Source of the DNA: Felis catus
Lineage: Eukaryota
Assembly: GCF_018350175.1 (NCBI RefSeq)
Contig: NC_058369.1
Location: 15,068,001 to 15,132,000 of the forward strand
DNA length: 64,000 nt
Direction: 5' to 3'
Part shown: positions 35,965 through 47,170 of the stretch, in pieces
Numbering within the stretch: the first letter of the stretch is position 1
How the letters are laid out: every line of letters starts with the position of its first letter
Program-made: the position numbers and the translations under genes
Notes under the pieces: generated by a model
What the model was told of the DNA's origin: nothing
Seen by the model: only the letters and a program-made list of their open reading frames with translations
Databases searched by the model: none

Positions 35965-36270
35965 TTCCTTTTTAAAAAGGTTTTAAGTAGCCACTACACC
36001 CAACGGTGGGGGGGGGGGGGCTTGAACTCACGGCCCCTGAGATTGAGAATCGTATGCTCCACCGACAGAGCTGGTCAGGCACCCTGGGAATTTTTCTTTT
36101 AAATGGAGCTCCAAGGGCACCTGGGGGGCTCAGTTGATTAAGCGTCCGACTTTGGCTCAGGTCACGATCTCGTGGTTTGTGAGTTCGAGCCCCACATCGG
36201 GCTTCTCTGCTGTCCGTGCGGAGCCGCTTCGGATCCTCTGTACCCCACCCCGACCGACACTAAACATTAA
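35965..36270. mobile_element. Short tRNA-like SINE (minus, ~35965-36085) and a diverged CanSINE (plus, ~36115-36270)
   Basis: SINE heads in divergent orientation. Confidence 0.8.
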
Positions 36271-37892
36271 ATGGGGCTCTTGAGCAGCTTCATGGGGTGC
36301 ATCTGCCAGAGGGCTTCACATGGGGATCCACCCGCTGAAAGAAAAAGAAACGAGCCCAACCCTAGGCTCCCAGATGAAACACAACAGATGAGCTTTTATG
36401 CCCAAACCCAAAAGTGGCTGGGGGCTTCTGCTGACAATGGCAAGCCCAGACCGTGGGGCAGATGGGGCAGATGCCCACTCGTGGCAGCCGGAAGACCCTG
36501 GGCAAGCTGCTGGCGAGCTCGGAGCCCCAAAGCCCCCCAATAATAGAGGGAAATTCTGTCTTCTGTAAAGTTGTCCCAAGGGCTCAGGCGGTACAGGGGT
36601 GAGTATCCCGGCTACCAGGTCCTGGGGCTCTCACTGTGCCTCCAGGAAGGTGAGATGAGGATCTTGGGACTCGATTCTGGAGGGGGAGAAAGAGCTATCC
36701 GGGGCCCTGCTGGGCGCACTTGGGGAAATTAAGTCATAGACACACAAGCCCTCCAAAGGTACCATTTCCCAACATGACAGAATGAAAGGGCCCCGAATTC
36801 TACAAGCTGGTATTTTTCCAGGCACGGCTCTTTCCCGCTCTGATTTACAAGCTGCTCCCAACGGGCTCCTGCAGAAACAGCCCCCAGGCTGTGATGACCC
36901 GACTGTAAACATTAAATAGCTGATGCCCGATGCCCATGGGGGCTGCTAAGTGTCGTCCTCAGTTGTACAGGGGAGGGGAGGGAGGGGAGGGGAGGGGGAC
37001 GGGGCTGGCCTGCAAAGAGAGAGAGCCCCCAGGGAAGCCCAGCCTGTGGGGGAGGGGCTGGCCTGGTGTTCGTGGGGGGGGGGGGGACTCCCATTTCCAG
37101 GTCCTTCTAGACCTTCTTCCCTCTCAGGTGAGCGCACTCAACAACCTTAATAATATGGGTATGTACTTCCTTCCCAGCCCCCCCAGCTGGGAAAATGTGA
37201 GGCCACAGCCGGTGCGGAGGAAGGGCAGGGTGGGGTGGGCAAGGCCCCCACCCATGAGGTGACCTTTCTATCTCGTTCCTCCGACTCGAGCAAGTGTGCG
37301 GCATCATGCTGTGCTGGGGGCGGTGGGGGTCCGTGGAAGCTGGTGCGTGGCCACACGTGGGTGACAGCTGCTGTGCGGATGAGACGCGGTCGGCAGGACG
37401 GGTGTGGACCTGGCTGACCCCCTGGCCGGGCCTCACCAGGGCAGTCCGTCCCCCTACAGAGCCCCTGTCTCGGGGAAGAGAGGCTGGTGACTGGGCTGGG
37501 GGCCCCCACTGCAGGTGGCTTTGGTGGCTTGGAGGCTGGGCCCCCTTCCACAGAGATGGCAGTGATGTCTGGTCCTCAAAAGGAGAGAAGAAGGAAAAGG
37601 CCCCTTCCCCTTTGCTCTCTCCCCAGAAGCCTGGGTTTGTGCTCTAAGGGTGAGGCCAGATTGGAGGGAGCCTGGTGGCGGGGGGGGGGGGGGGGCAGGC
37701 CGGGGACTGAGAATGGGAGCCAGGAAGGGAGGGCACTGGCAGGGAGGGGCTGGGAGAGTGCTTCTCGGACCCCCTAGGATAGTCCCGGCGGTCGGTTGGG
37801 CCGCAGGTTTCAAGGTCTGATTTTCCAGGCCTAGCTGGACATGTACATGAACTCGTGCAAATGCTGTTAGCTCATTTAAAGTAATTACAGAC

Positions 37893-38080
37893 GGGCGCCT
37901 GGGTGGCTCAATCCGTTAAGCATCCGACTTCGGCTCAGGTCATGATCTCGCTGTTCGTGGGTTAGAGCCCCGCGTCGGGCCCTGTGCTGACAGCTCAGAG
38001 CCTGCTTGGGATTCTCTCTCTCTCTCTGCCCCTCTCCTGCGCGCGCTCTCTCTCTTTCAAAAATAAACAGACTTAAAAAT
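37893..38080 (+). mobile_element. CanSINE
   Basis: Head, body and tail. Confidence 0.92.
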
Positions 38081-38119
38081 ACATAATTGTCAAGACAGTT
38101 TCCGACCCCCCCCCAAAAC

Positions 38120-38545
38120 CCATCTGTGTCCATCAGCGGATAAATGGGTAGCCACGTGACATATCCCGACAACAGCCATGTGGCACTCCGCCATAAAAAG
38201 GAACGAAGCACTGCCTCACGCCACAAGGTGGATGAACCTTGAGAACATCGTGCAGAGCGAAACAAGCCAGTCACAAAAGGCCCCATAGTGTGTGATTCCA
38301 CGTAGGTGACACGTCCAGAGCAGGCAAATCCATAGAGACAGAACGCAGATGATTGCCAGGGGCTGTGGGAGGGAGGATGGGGAGGGAGTGCTTCACGGGT
38401 CCAGGTTTTATTTTGGGGTTTGGGGAAGGTTCTGGAGCTAGGTAGAGGTGATGGTTGTACAACACTGTGAATGTACTAAATGCCCCTGAGATGTTCATTT
38501 AAAAATGGTTAATTTTCTATCATGTAAGTTTCATCTCAGAAAAAC
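38120..38545 (+). mobile_element. L1MB-type 3' end
   Basis: ataaaaaggaacgaagcactg…tggatgaaccttgagaacat…aagccagtcacaaaagg…gcaaatccatagagacagaa…gtgatggttgtacaacactgtgaatgtactaaatg. Confidence 0.85.
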
Positions 38546-39333
38546 CTCAAAACCAAAAACCCAAGGACCATCTGCCTCTGTCTACACACACACACACACA
38601 GACACACACACACACACCATTAGTAAACTTTCTCTGGTTCAGGGGGGCACCGGGGGCAAGGAGGCTCGCTGAGGCCTTTTTTCCTTCCAAGGAACGCCTG
38701 TGGCAGTGTCTCGGGGGGGGGCCTGAGTCTGTGGAAGCTCCCTTGTCAGGCGAGGGGAGCAGGTTGTGGGGCGGCTGGAGGCAGGGCGTTAAGTGTAGAG
38801 GGCTTGAACTTAGGGAGGCTTCCCAGGCAGGGTTCCCCAGGGGACCCTCCTGTGATAGGCGACCCTGGTCATGGGTTCGGGGCTGGGGAGGAGCAGTAGC
38901 CCCGGGGAGCGGGTGTCACAGTGCTGTGGGTGTCCCCAGGGACCAAGACCGGCCTCCCCATTTTCCTGGGATTATACACTCCTCGGAATTTTGATAGAAC
39001 CCAAAGGAGGTGTGGAGATGAGTGATCCGGGACATCGTCCAGGGAAAGATCTGACTCAGGAAAACACGGAACTGTGGTGCCGGGTCTAGGGACCCACGCA
39101 GAGCGCCCTGGGAACCGCCGTCTGTAGGGAGGCAGGTGGGGCGGGTGAGGGCAAGTGACAGAAAACTCGAGTAAACTGGTTTACAGCAAAGGTGGATGCG
39201 GGCACGAGCACAGGGGGTAACTGGCTTGCACGGTCCTCACGGCTGGAATGCTCCCCCCTCCCCCACCCCAGACCTATTCTGTTGTTTTACTTTCCCTGCA
39301 CATTTGCTGGATTCTCTCACGGGCCCCCTCCCT

Positions 39334-39457
39334 GGACCTTGAGAAGGCTCCCCCTCCCCCCTCCCCCATGCCCCGGACCTTGAGAAGCTCCCTCCACTCG
39401 CAGGACCTTGAGAAGCCCTTCCCCCCCGCCCCCCCCCTCGCTGGGGACCTTGAGAAG
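39334..39457. repeat. Four exact copies of GGACCTTGAGAAG separated by C-rich spacers
   Basis: Copies at 39334, 39375, 39403 and 39445 (periods 41, 28, 42). Confidence 0.92.
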
Positions 39458-39729
39458 GCTGCACCCACCTCCGGCGTCTCTCAGCTCCAGGTCTCCCGGC
39501 TCTTTCTGACTCAGCCAAAGCTGCCTGGAGTCTCACTGTGCGCGGGGGCAGTGCCGGAGGCCATCCTGGTGGCCAAGGGTGTGCAGTGCCCCCACCCCCC
39601 CACTGCAGTCCCACAGTGGGGCTGGTCTCGGCAGGCTCCGGCAGACCCACCAGAACTGGGGAGTGCGTCCTTCTCTGGAGGATGTAGGGGGCTGTCTCCC
39701 GAGGGAGAGGGAGAGGAAGCTGGGTGGTC

Positions 39730-40060
39730 AGATGAGCAACCAAAAAGCTATCCGGGAAGGCTTCCTGGAGGAGGGGATGTCTAAGCTGAAGAGTGAAGAG
39801 AGAAGTTCGGGTGATGATTGCAAGACCGGTTGGGGGAAGAAGCACCGGCCGGTCCCGGAGGCAAGCCACAGCACACTCGGGGAACATGTGGTACATGTGG
39901 CAGCGTAGTGAGAGGTGGCCTTCCTGAGGTCAGGGGGCCATCGCTGAAGGCTGCCTTTGCCAGGCCAAAAGCCTATCGTCTTATCCTGAGGACACTGGGG
40001 AGCCATGGAAGGTTTTTAAGCAGGGAGTTAATGTGGTCAGATTCGCTTGAAGGAAAGACA
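39730..40060 (-). mobile_element. L2 fragment
   Basis: gggaaggcttcctggaggaggggatgtctaagctga…ttatcctgaggacactggggagccatggaaggtttttaagcaggga, classic L2 sequence. Confidence 0.75.
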
Positions 40061-40066
40061 GCTCTA

Positions 40067-40363
40067 GGGGCGCCTGTGGCCAGTTGAGCATCTGACTCTC
40101 GGTTTCCGCTTGGGTCATGATCTCACCGTTTGTGAGTCTGAGCCCCGAGTTGGGCTCTGCGCTGATGGTGTGGAACCTGCTTGGGATTCTCTCCCTCTCT
40201 CTGTCCCTCCCCTGCTCTCTCTCTGTCTCTCAAAAATAAATGAATACATATACATATATGTATATACATATATATACATATACATATATACATGTATATA
40301 TACATATATATACATGTATACATATATATGCATGTACATATACATATATATATACATGTATAT
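40067..40363 (+). mobile_element. CanSINE whose tail runs into a ~120-bp (TA/CA/TG)n alternating purine-pyrimidine microsatellite (40245-40363)
   Basis: SINE head at 40067; tacatatacatatatgtatatacat… follows directly after aataaatgaa. Confidence 0.9.
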
Positions 40364-40789
40364 GCCCCCCAATCCCTTCTTTCTTAATTGCTTGCTGCAC
40401 AAAGACCAGGTCTTCTCCAGTGAGTTGAAATGGAGCATGGGCATGGATACTGGGATAATTCACATCCACAAAACGTTTTGGCCTGAAATGTTGAAACAAA
40501 ACAGGCCAACCTCTGCCTTCCCTCACAAGAGTTGACAATGAGGAGCGTCTTCCACTTACTCAGCTGATGTGGTCTTGGCGTGAACCCCAGGAAGGGTCGA
40601 ACAAGCCACCCAAACCTTCTGCCAGAGCTCATATCTTTTAAGGGACTCTGGAGTCAGTTCTAAGGTCTCCTGGGATCTCAACTCTCGCCTTCCTTTACCT
40701 TCTGTCCCCTTTACCCCTGAGACTAATCCTTGAAACTGGGCTAGAACCTTTCTGGGCTTCCTGTAATGGACATTTTCTTTCACCAAAAA

Positions 40790-40854
40790 ATGTTTAAACA
40801 TTTTTATTTATTTTTGAGAGACAGAGAGAGACAGACTGTGAGCAGGGGAGAGGC

Positions 40855-40898
<44 letters not shown>

Positions 40899-41038
40899 GG
40901 AGACACAGAATCCGAAGCAGGCTCCAGGCTCCGAGCCGTCCGCACAGAGCCCGACGCGGGGCTCGAACTCACGAGCTGTTGAGATCATGACCTGAGCTGG
41001 AGTTGGACGCCCAACTGACTGAGTCACCCAGGCGCCCC
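40790..41038 (-). mobile_element. CanSINE
   Basis: Reverse-complement SINE with long (GA)n. Confidence 0.92.
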
Positions 41039-41639
41039 ATGTGATGGGCATTTTCAAGGGGCTACGCGTGGCCGTGGTGCTCGGTGGCACCTGTCAGGCA
41101 GGCAGGGTAGACGCACAGCTGGGATACGTGTCCATCCTGGACAAGGTGGCTCACTGCCCCCTGTAGGCTAATTAGCTTCCCACCTAGTGGCTGCTTGCCC
41201 TCCTGCAGGGCTAATACCGTGTTGGGGTCTCGGTGTCTCGCTGCGGAGGCACAGCTCAGCAGCGGCAAGAGCCAGATGACCTTTGGGAAGCAGAAGGCCA
41301 TGCGTAGACCCCATTTCTGCCACGTGACTACTTGTTCCCGAGCCCACTGTACAAACCCTGGGTGGTCAGGGACAGGCACCCCCCCCCCCCGAGGGGAGGA
41401 GCTTCCTCTAAGGAGTCACCCTGGCAGGTGCAGGGGTTTCCGGAGAATCAGAGGTCAGGTCTTTCAAGCGTCTCTACCTGCGCCCCAACCGGGTTACCGC
41501 TCTCGGACGTCAGCCTTCACCCAGCTACTGAAAACCAGGCAGAGAGAGGGGAAGGGGCCCGCCTGGGTCCCCTCAGGAGCTCATAACCATGCCAGCGCTG
41601 CTCGTCCTTCTTCGGGGCTCTACTGCGTCACAGCGTGGG

Positions 41640-42053
41640 GGCAGGGGAGGGGGCGCCCCTGATTCCGAGAAAAACAAACGCCCTCAGATTCCCTTAACTA
41701 AGACAGACTACAGTTCCTGCAAGGAATCGCCCACTCGGGAAGCCAGGGAAACCCACGTGGTTCTGGGAAAACCATGAAATTGGGTCCCCCGAGGCCAGAA
41801 GCCATATAAATACCTCTGGGGACCCCAACAGGAGGAGCTAGACATCTCGACCCCGGGAGGGGGCACTCCCTCCCTCTGGGCCTGCCCTCCTCTCTTCTTC
41901 CGTTCGTTCGCTTGGCTTTTTACTGTTCCTACTGGAGGGTTAGGAAATTGGATAGGCACAACAAAGAACTGTGACTCCTGGGAAGACGTGCCATCAGAGG
42001 CGAGGGCGCTTTAGTGCATCTCCTCCTGCCCTTCCCCTCCCCACGTGGTAAGT
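41640..42053 (+). promoter_or_regulatory. Candidate TATA-box promoter with a non-coding first exon (unannotated transcript)
   Basis: GAS TTCCGAGAA 41663-41671, E-box CACGTG 41754-41759, GAS TTCTGGGAA 41761-41769, TATAAATA 41805-41812, ATG-free ~210-nt segment, donor TG|GTAAGT at 42048. Confidence 0.4.
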
Positions 42054-42645
42054 ATGACGAAGCAAAACGTGTCTGTCCCCCCCCCCCCCACCCCAGGGTA
42101 GTCTCAGCCATCGTCTTCCACTTTCTGTTCCACGCAGCACTCACGCCTGGCAAAGTGGCCTCTCTTTCCGGTCCTCTTTCTGCCAAGGGGGAAGGCCGCA
42201 GGTTCCCGTGTGTTGAGAGGCGACGACCAAGCGTCCACGCAGGTTTGCTAACTTGAACCGCCTCCCTCCAAACCAGCTGGTGCCCTGGGAGCCTCGGCCG
42301 AGCCTCAGAGGATTCATCACCCAAATCAGGCGTTTTGAGAGAGAAAGGGAACTTATCATACTGACCCCAGGAAAATACATACACACTGGGCACCTTCCGG
42401 GCAAACCAGGGCTCGAGCTCCGTGTTTACCCAGCAGTACCCGATTTCCCGGTTGGCTCTCCTTTCTGGGGAGCACAGCTCCCTTGGTGAGAGATCCCAGA
42501 GGGGGAAGCAAGCGACGTCAGGATCTGAAAACCAAAACCCAACCTTGAATACCTTACACAAATGATAGAGTTTTGATTGATCTGGGCGCAAGCTTAACGC
42601 ACGTCGCTGAATTATTGCACAGGGACGATAAAAACCAGCAGGGAA

Positions 42646-42802
42646 GGGGCGCCTGGGTGGCTCAGTCGGTTAAGCGTCCGACTCTTGATCTCGGCTCAGG
42701 TTCATGATCTCACGGTTCATGGGATCGAGCCCCTTGTCGGACTGTGTGCTGACAGTGCAGAACCTGCTTGGGATTTTCTCTCCCCGCTCTGTGCCCCTCC
42801 CC

Positions 42803-42847
<45 letters not shown>

Positions 42848-42870
42848 CAAAATAAATAAATAAACATTAA
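42646..42870 (+). mobile_element. CanSINE
   Basis: Head, long (CT)n and tail. Confidence 0.92.
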
Positions 42871-43362
42871 CAAAAACCCCAGAAGATAATATTGTGGAAA
42901 TACCAGATATCAGTAGTGAAGGGAAAACAACAAAAAAGAAAACGTTGAAAACCTCTTTCTTTCCTTTGACGGATCTGAGAATGACTCGGGACCCCAGCTC
43001 ATCACTTGTGAACCGTGTCCCTCTGGGCACATGGTTGAACTCAAGGCTGTGTGTGGTCTTGGTACCACTGGGGCCTCCCTGCCCCCCCCCCCCCCCACCA
43101 TCCCATTTCTTGAATGAAAGCATCTAGAATAGATCGGGCACACGGCACCATGACCACCCTTGCAGCTGTAGGGATTCTCAGTAGGGATTTCTGAGCCTCT
43201 TTGACAGCTTTCGCCTAACGGGCACGTTGTGTGGGTGCACGTATTTTCCTAAGGCGCTACTCCTTAGCTCTGACCAGATTTTCAAAGGCGTTTGTGACCT
43301 CTGAAATGAGAGCCCAGGCTTTGGAGTTTGATGTCCCACTTTACTTTAAAGCCTAAATTCTT

Positions 43363-43555
43363 GGGGCACCTGGGTGGCTCAGTCAGTTGAGTGCCTGACT
43401 CTTGATTTCAGCTCGGGTCATCCTCTCACGGTTCGGAGCATCGAGCCCGGCGTCGGGCTCGGCACTGACAGCAGGAACCGCCTGCTTGGGATTCATTCTC
43501 TCTCTCCCTCTTTCTCTGCCCCTCCCCCCCCCCCCCCCCGGAAAGAAATAACCAT
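43363..43555 (+). mobile_element. CanSINE with a poly-C tract replacing the (CT)n
   Basis: SINE head; C-run at ~43524-43539. Confidence 0.85.
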
Positions 43556-44483
43556 TTAAAACTTACATTCCCTATTTCTATGAAAGAGGTGCAAGGTTGA
43601 GCTGTCACCTAAACTCACCAGCAATTAATAGGGCCCTGTTTGGATTCACAAAAGGAACCAAAAAGGAAAAAGGTGGACGCAGAGCACCTGTACCCCCCTT
43701 TCCCCAAGACAACCGGGCGCCAGCTGGAGGAACGGGAAGGGACGGAAGGGAAATGGCTAGGTCACCGAGTCAATTTCCAAATACGAGCAACAGAAACACC
43801 AACTGGAAGTGCATTAAGCAATAAAAGTAGCCAAGCTCGGATGTCTCCAAGGGTGAAAAGTCAGCAGCTCAGCGATACTACGGAAGACCCCGGCTCCTTT
43901 CCGTCCTCAGCCCCGCCCGCTTCGCCCCCAGGACGGCTGCCTCAGTTCCAGCGGCGGACCGGCAGCAACCGGTGATAACAGCAGTGAAACACCGCCCCGA
44001 AGCTCCCCAGAACCCTTCACTCGTTTCTCGCTGGACGGAATCACCTTGCGTGGTGCCGCCTAAACCGGTCACAGGCGAGGGGGACAGAGCTGCCAACGTT
44101 GGCTGAGTCTCACGGATCAGGTAACTCCCACGGAGGGAGGTGGTTACCGGCACCGAACTGGGTTTCCTGGGAGGAGTGACTGGGCAGGCGGCCCCGGGGG
44201 CGGGGGGGGGGGGGGGGGCACAGAGAGACTCGGTTACTGGTCTTTGGGTGGTGGGTGAAAGATGGGGGCATGGAGGGCGTGGCCAAGGAAGGGGAGGAGC
44301 GAGATGGTGGGCCAGACAACTCTCCCTGCTCTTAGGAGGTCCTGGTTATTTCCTTACAAACCCCAGGGCAGGGCGAGGTTGCGGAGGGTGATATCTGAGC
44401 CGCTGAGCATAAGCTGTGTTGCGTTTGGCAGCTTCTCACCCGGGGAGACTCTGTCTGCATGGCCTCCTTTAACACGCATTTTA

Positions 44484-44960
44484 TTTTTTTTTTAACGTTT
44501 ATTTATTTTTGAGACAGAGAGAGACAGAGCATGAATGAGGGACGGTCAGAGAGAGAGGGAGACACAGAATCCGAAGCAGGCTCCAGGCTCTGAGCGGTCA
44601 GCACAGAGCCCGACGCGGGGCTCGAACTCACGGACCGCGAGATCATGACCTGAGCCGGGGTCGGACGCTTAACCGACTGAGCCACCCGGGCGCCCCTAAC
44701 ACGCATTTTAAAACCAAGCGGTATTGCAGATAACCCATTGTGGTTTTTTTTTTTTTTTTAATGTTTATTCATTTATTTTGAGAGAGAGGGGGCACGCACA
44801 GGGGAAGGGCAGAGAGAGGGGCAGAGGGCGAGATCCCAAGCAGGCTCCGTTCTGACAGCACAGAGCCTGACGTGGGGCTCGATCTCACAAACCGTGAGGT
44901 CATGACCTGAGCTGAGATTAAGAGTCAGACGCTTAATCGGCTGAGCCACCCGGGCGCCCC
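44484..44960 (-). mobile_element. Two co-oriented CanSINEs (44484-44696, ~44744-44960)
   Basis: First has a perfect TSD taacacgcatttta (44470-44483 / 44697-44710). Confidence 0.94.
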
Positions 44961-45449
44961 AGAAATAACCCTGTTGTTCTATGTTCTGGCCATGGCTGCT
45001 CCCACCCAGCATCTCTCGGATACGTGGGAGCTCGGATCTGTACGGGGTGGGGGAGGGATGAGTTTTGTTTGGGGGATGGGCTGGAGGAGACACAGGACGT
45101 TGGGAGGGATGCTAGGGAACTTGTTCTTTGACCCGGGAGAGAGAAAGGGATTCAAGACTGAAGCTGTTCAAGGGGGAATATTTGAGGCCTTGGATCTAAA
45201 CACAACTGTCTCGGGGCCAGGGGGGAAAGGGCCCTGGCTGGCCTCTGCTCCGAACCACTGATGGCCCGCCCGTGGCCTGCACCTTGGTGTCTGATATGGG
45301 GCAGTGGCAGTGGGGAGGCCCCCAGAAGTGGGGAGGGGAGGGGAGAAGTCACAGCATGTTAGCAGGCCCGGAGGACACCCCCACGGGACGCCTCGTCTCT
45401 TACGTAGTGGTTGTGGGACAGTGGCTGGAACTTGGTGCTCCAGGGCTGA

Positions 45450-45832
45450 AGCCACGGGTGGCTGGCCGGCCACCTCCGTCCCTTCATGCGGCCTCTCCCT
45501 GCCGTCTAGTTTCGGCTTCCTCACAGCATGGTGGTCTCAGGGCAGTCAAAACGCTTGGAGTTGGTCGGAGGCTTCGCAGCGAGGACGGCAGGTGGAACAC
45601 AGCAGAATGTGGATCATCTCTTACGGCCCAGCCTGGGAAGTCTCACGTAGCATCACTTCAAGGAAGCACACCATTCACTGAACCAGTCACAAAAGCTCCC
45701 CTCATGTCAAGGGAAGGGGAATTAGACCCCACCTCTCGATGGCGGCGGGGGACAAGATTCTAGAAGCACGTGGGGGGCGGGCAGGGGCGCGAGACGTTGT
45801 AGCAGCCATCTTTGGAAAACACAGCCACCACC
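45450..45832 (-). mobile_element. MLT1-type LTR remnant
   Basis: ctcacagcatggtggtctcagggcagtc…cagtcacaaaagc…caagggaaggggaattagaccccacctctcgatgg…gcagccatctttggaaaa. Confidence 0.7.
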
Positions 45833-46966
45833 GCGTCTTCCGTGCGGGGCGAAATCTTCTGAGCCTTCCTCCAAGGCCTCTTTTAAGACAGCCTCAGTCG
45901 GTGACTATGCTCCTTCCTGATCAGCATTCAGCCACCTTTGCTACCTGCTTGAATCTCCGCTCCTCCCCCGGGCTCATTTCTTCCTGAACCCTGTTTAAGA
46001 TGCAGCACCTCAGACGGAAAACCTCTCCAGCTCTCCAGCTCACCCTGCTGGGTGAGCCTTTCCCCAAAAGGGGTTGAGCTAACAGTTCTCAAGAAGGAAG
46101 GCAGTGCAGAAATCCATCAGCACGCTGACGGGGATGCAGGGCGGCCCCGGGGACACTTGGCTGATGGGAACATCCTGCGTTCTTTGATCTGAGCATTGCA
46201 CACACCAGTGAGATACTTAATTACACGGGGGCTGAGCAGACGGGGAGGAGGACAGGGAGAGTGGAAAGCTGGGGGCGAACCCAGGGAGATAAAAACGACT
46301 TGGAGACCAGCAAAGGCTCTCAGGCTATGTTTTCCAAGCCCGCAGGCATGTCAGGACTGTCCCAAGTCGCCTGTAAGGGAATCAGTGCCAGTTGTCACGC
46401 AGCCCGGTTAAGGATAATAATATGCAACAGGCCTAGAATCGGAGCCTTTAATAATAATCATTATTATAATTACAATAAATGTTCTTATGTTATCAACAGA
46501 AAATAGGTCCTGTTTAGAAGCCTGGAGAATGATGCAAAAGGGAAGGTGGGGATGGGAACCTTCAGAGGCAGGACAGCAGAGGGACAAGGGCGTTCCCATG
46601 TGGTTGTTAAGGAGAGTGGATTCATGGGCAAGCGAAGTGCTTCTGGCCAGGAGAGACCTGTTCATGGAATCACTTAGGTCCCCTAAGGTGACGCTGTGCT
46701 GCCACCCTCTCCTCCCTGCGGGTATTTATCTTTTTTTTTTTAGGTGGCAGTGAAATTACAAGACCCCACATGCCTTTTACTTCCTTGTAATGGCAGCCAG
46801 AGAAGGTGGGACTCAGACCGAGGCATGAATTCTGGCTCTGTCACCCCCGAGCCGTGTGACTTTGGGGAAGTCACTTAACCTCTCTGCATCTCTGCATCTC
46901 CTCATGGAAACTGTGAGGGGGTAAACGTTGTACCCACCTCTGTGTTCTGATAAAACGAGATAATAT

Positions 46967-47170
46967 GGGGTCGCCTGGGTGGCCCAATCCGTTAAGCGTC
47001 CGACCCTTGATTTCGGCTCAGGTCATGATCTCACGGTTTGTGGGTTCGAACCCGCATCGGGCTCTGCGCTGACAGCATGGAGCGTGCTTGGGATTCTCTC
47101 TCTCCCTCTCTCTGCCCTTCCCCTGCTTGTGCCCGCCCTCTTTCTCAAAAATAAATAAACTTGAAAAAAG
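46967..47170 (+). mobile_element. CanSINE
   Basis: Head, body and tail. Confidence 0.92.

Noticed and set aside
39248..39896. 178-aa ORF with repeated DLEK motif and an opposite-strand 219-aa ORF; CRISPR-like look of the 39.3 kb array
   Set aside because: The peptide repeats merely translate the DNA repeat and the ORFs run into an L2 relic. 13-bp units with low-complexity spacers in a mammalian genome with no cas genes are not CRISPR.
1665..42591. Other ORFs over 200 aa (1665-2333, 30215-30859, 31267-31953, 41929-42591)
   Set aside because: No recognisable domains or coding-like composition; several begin at non-ATG codons; expected by chance in GC-rich DNA.
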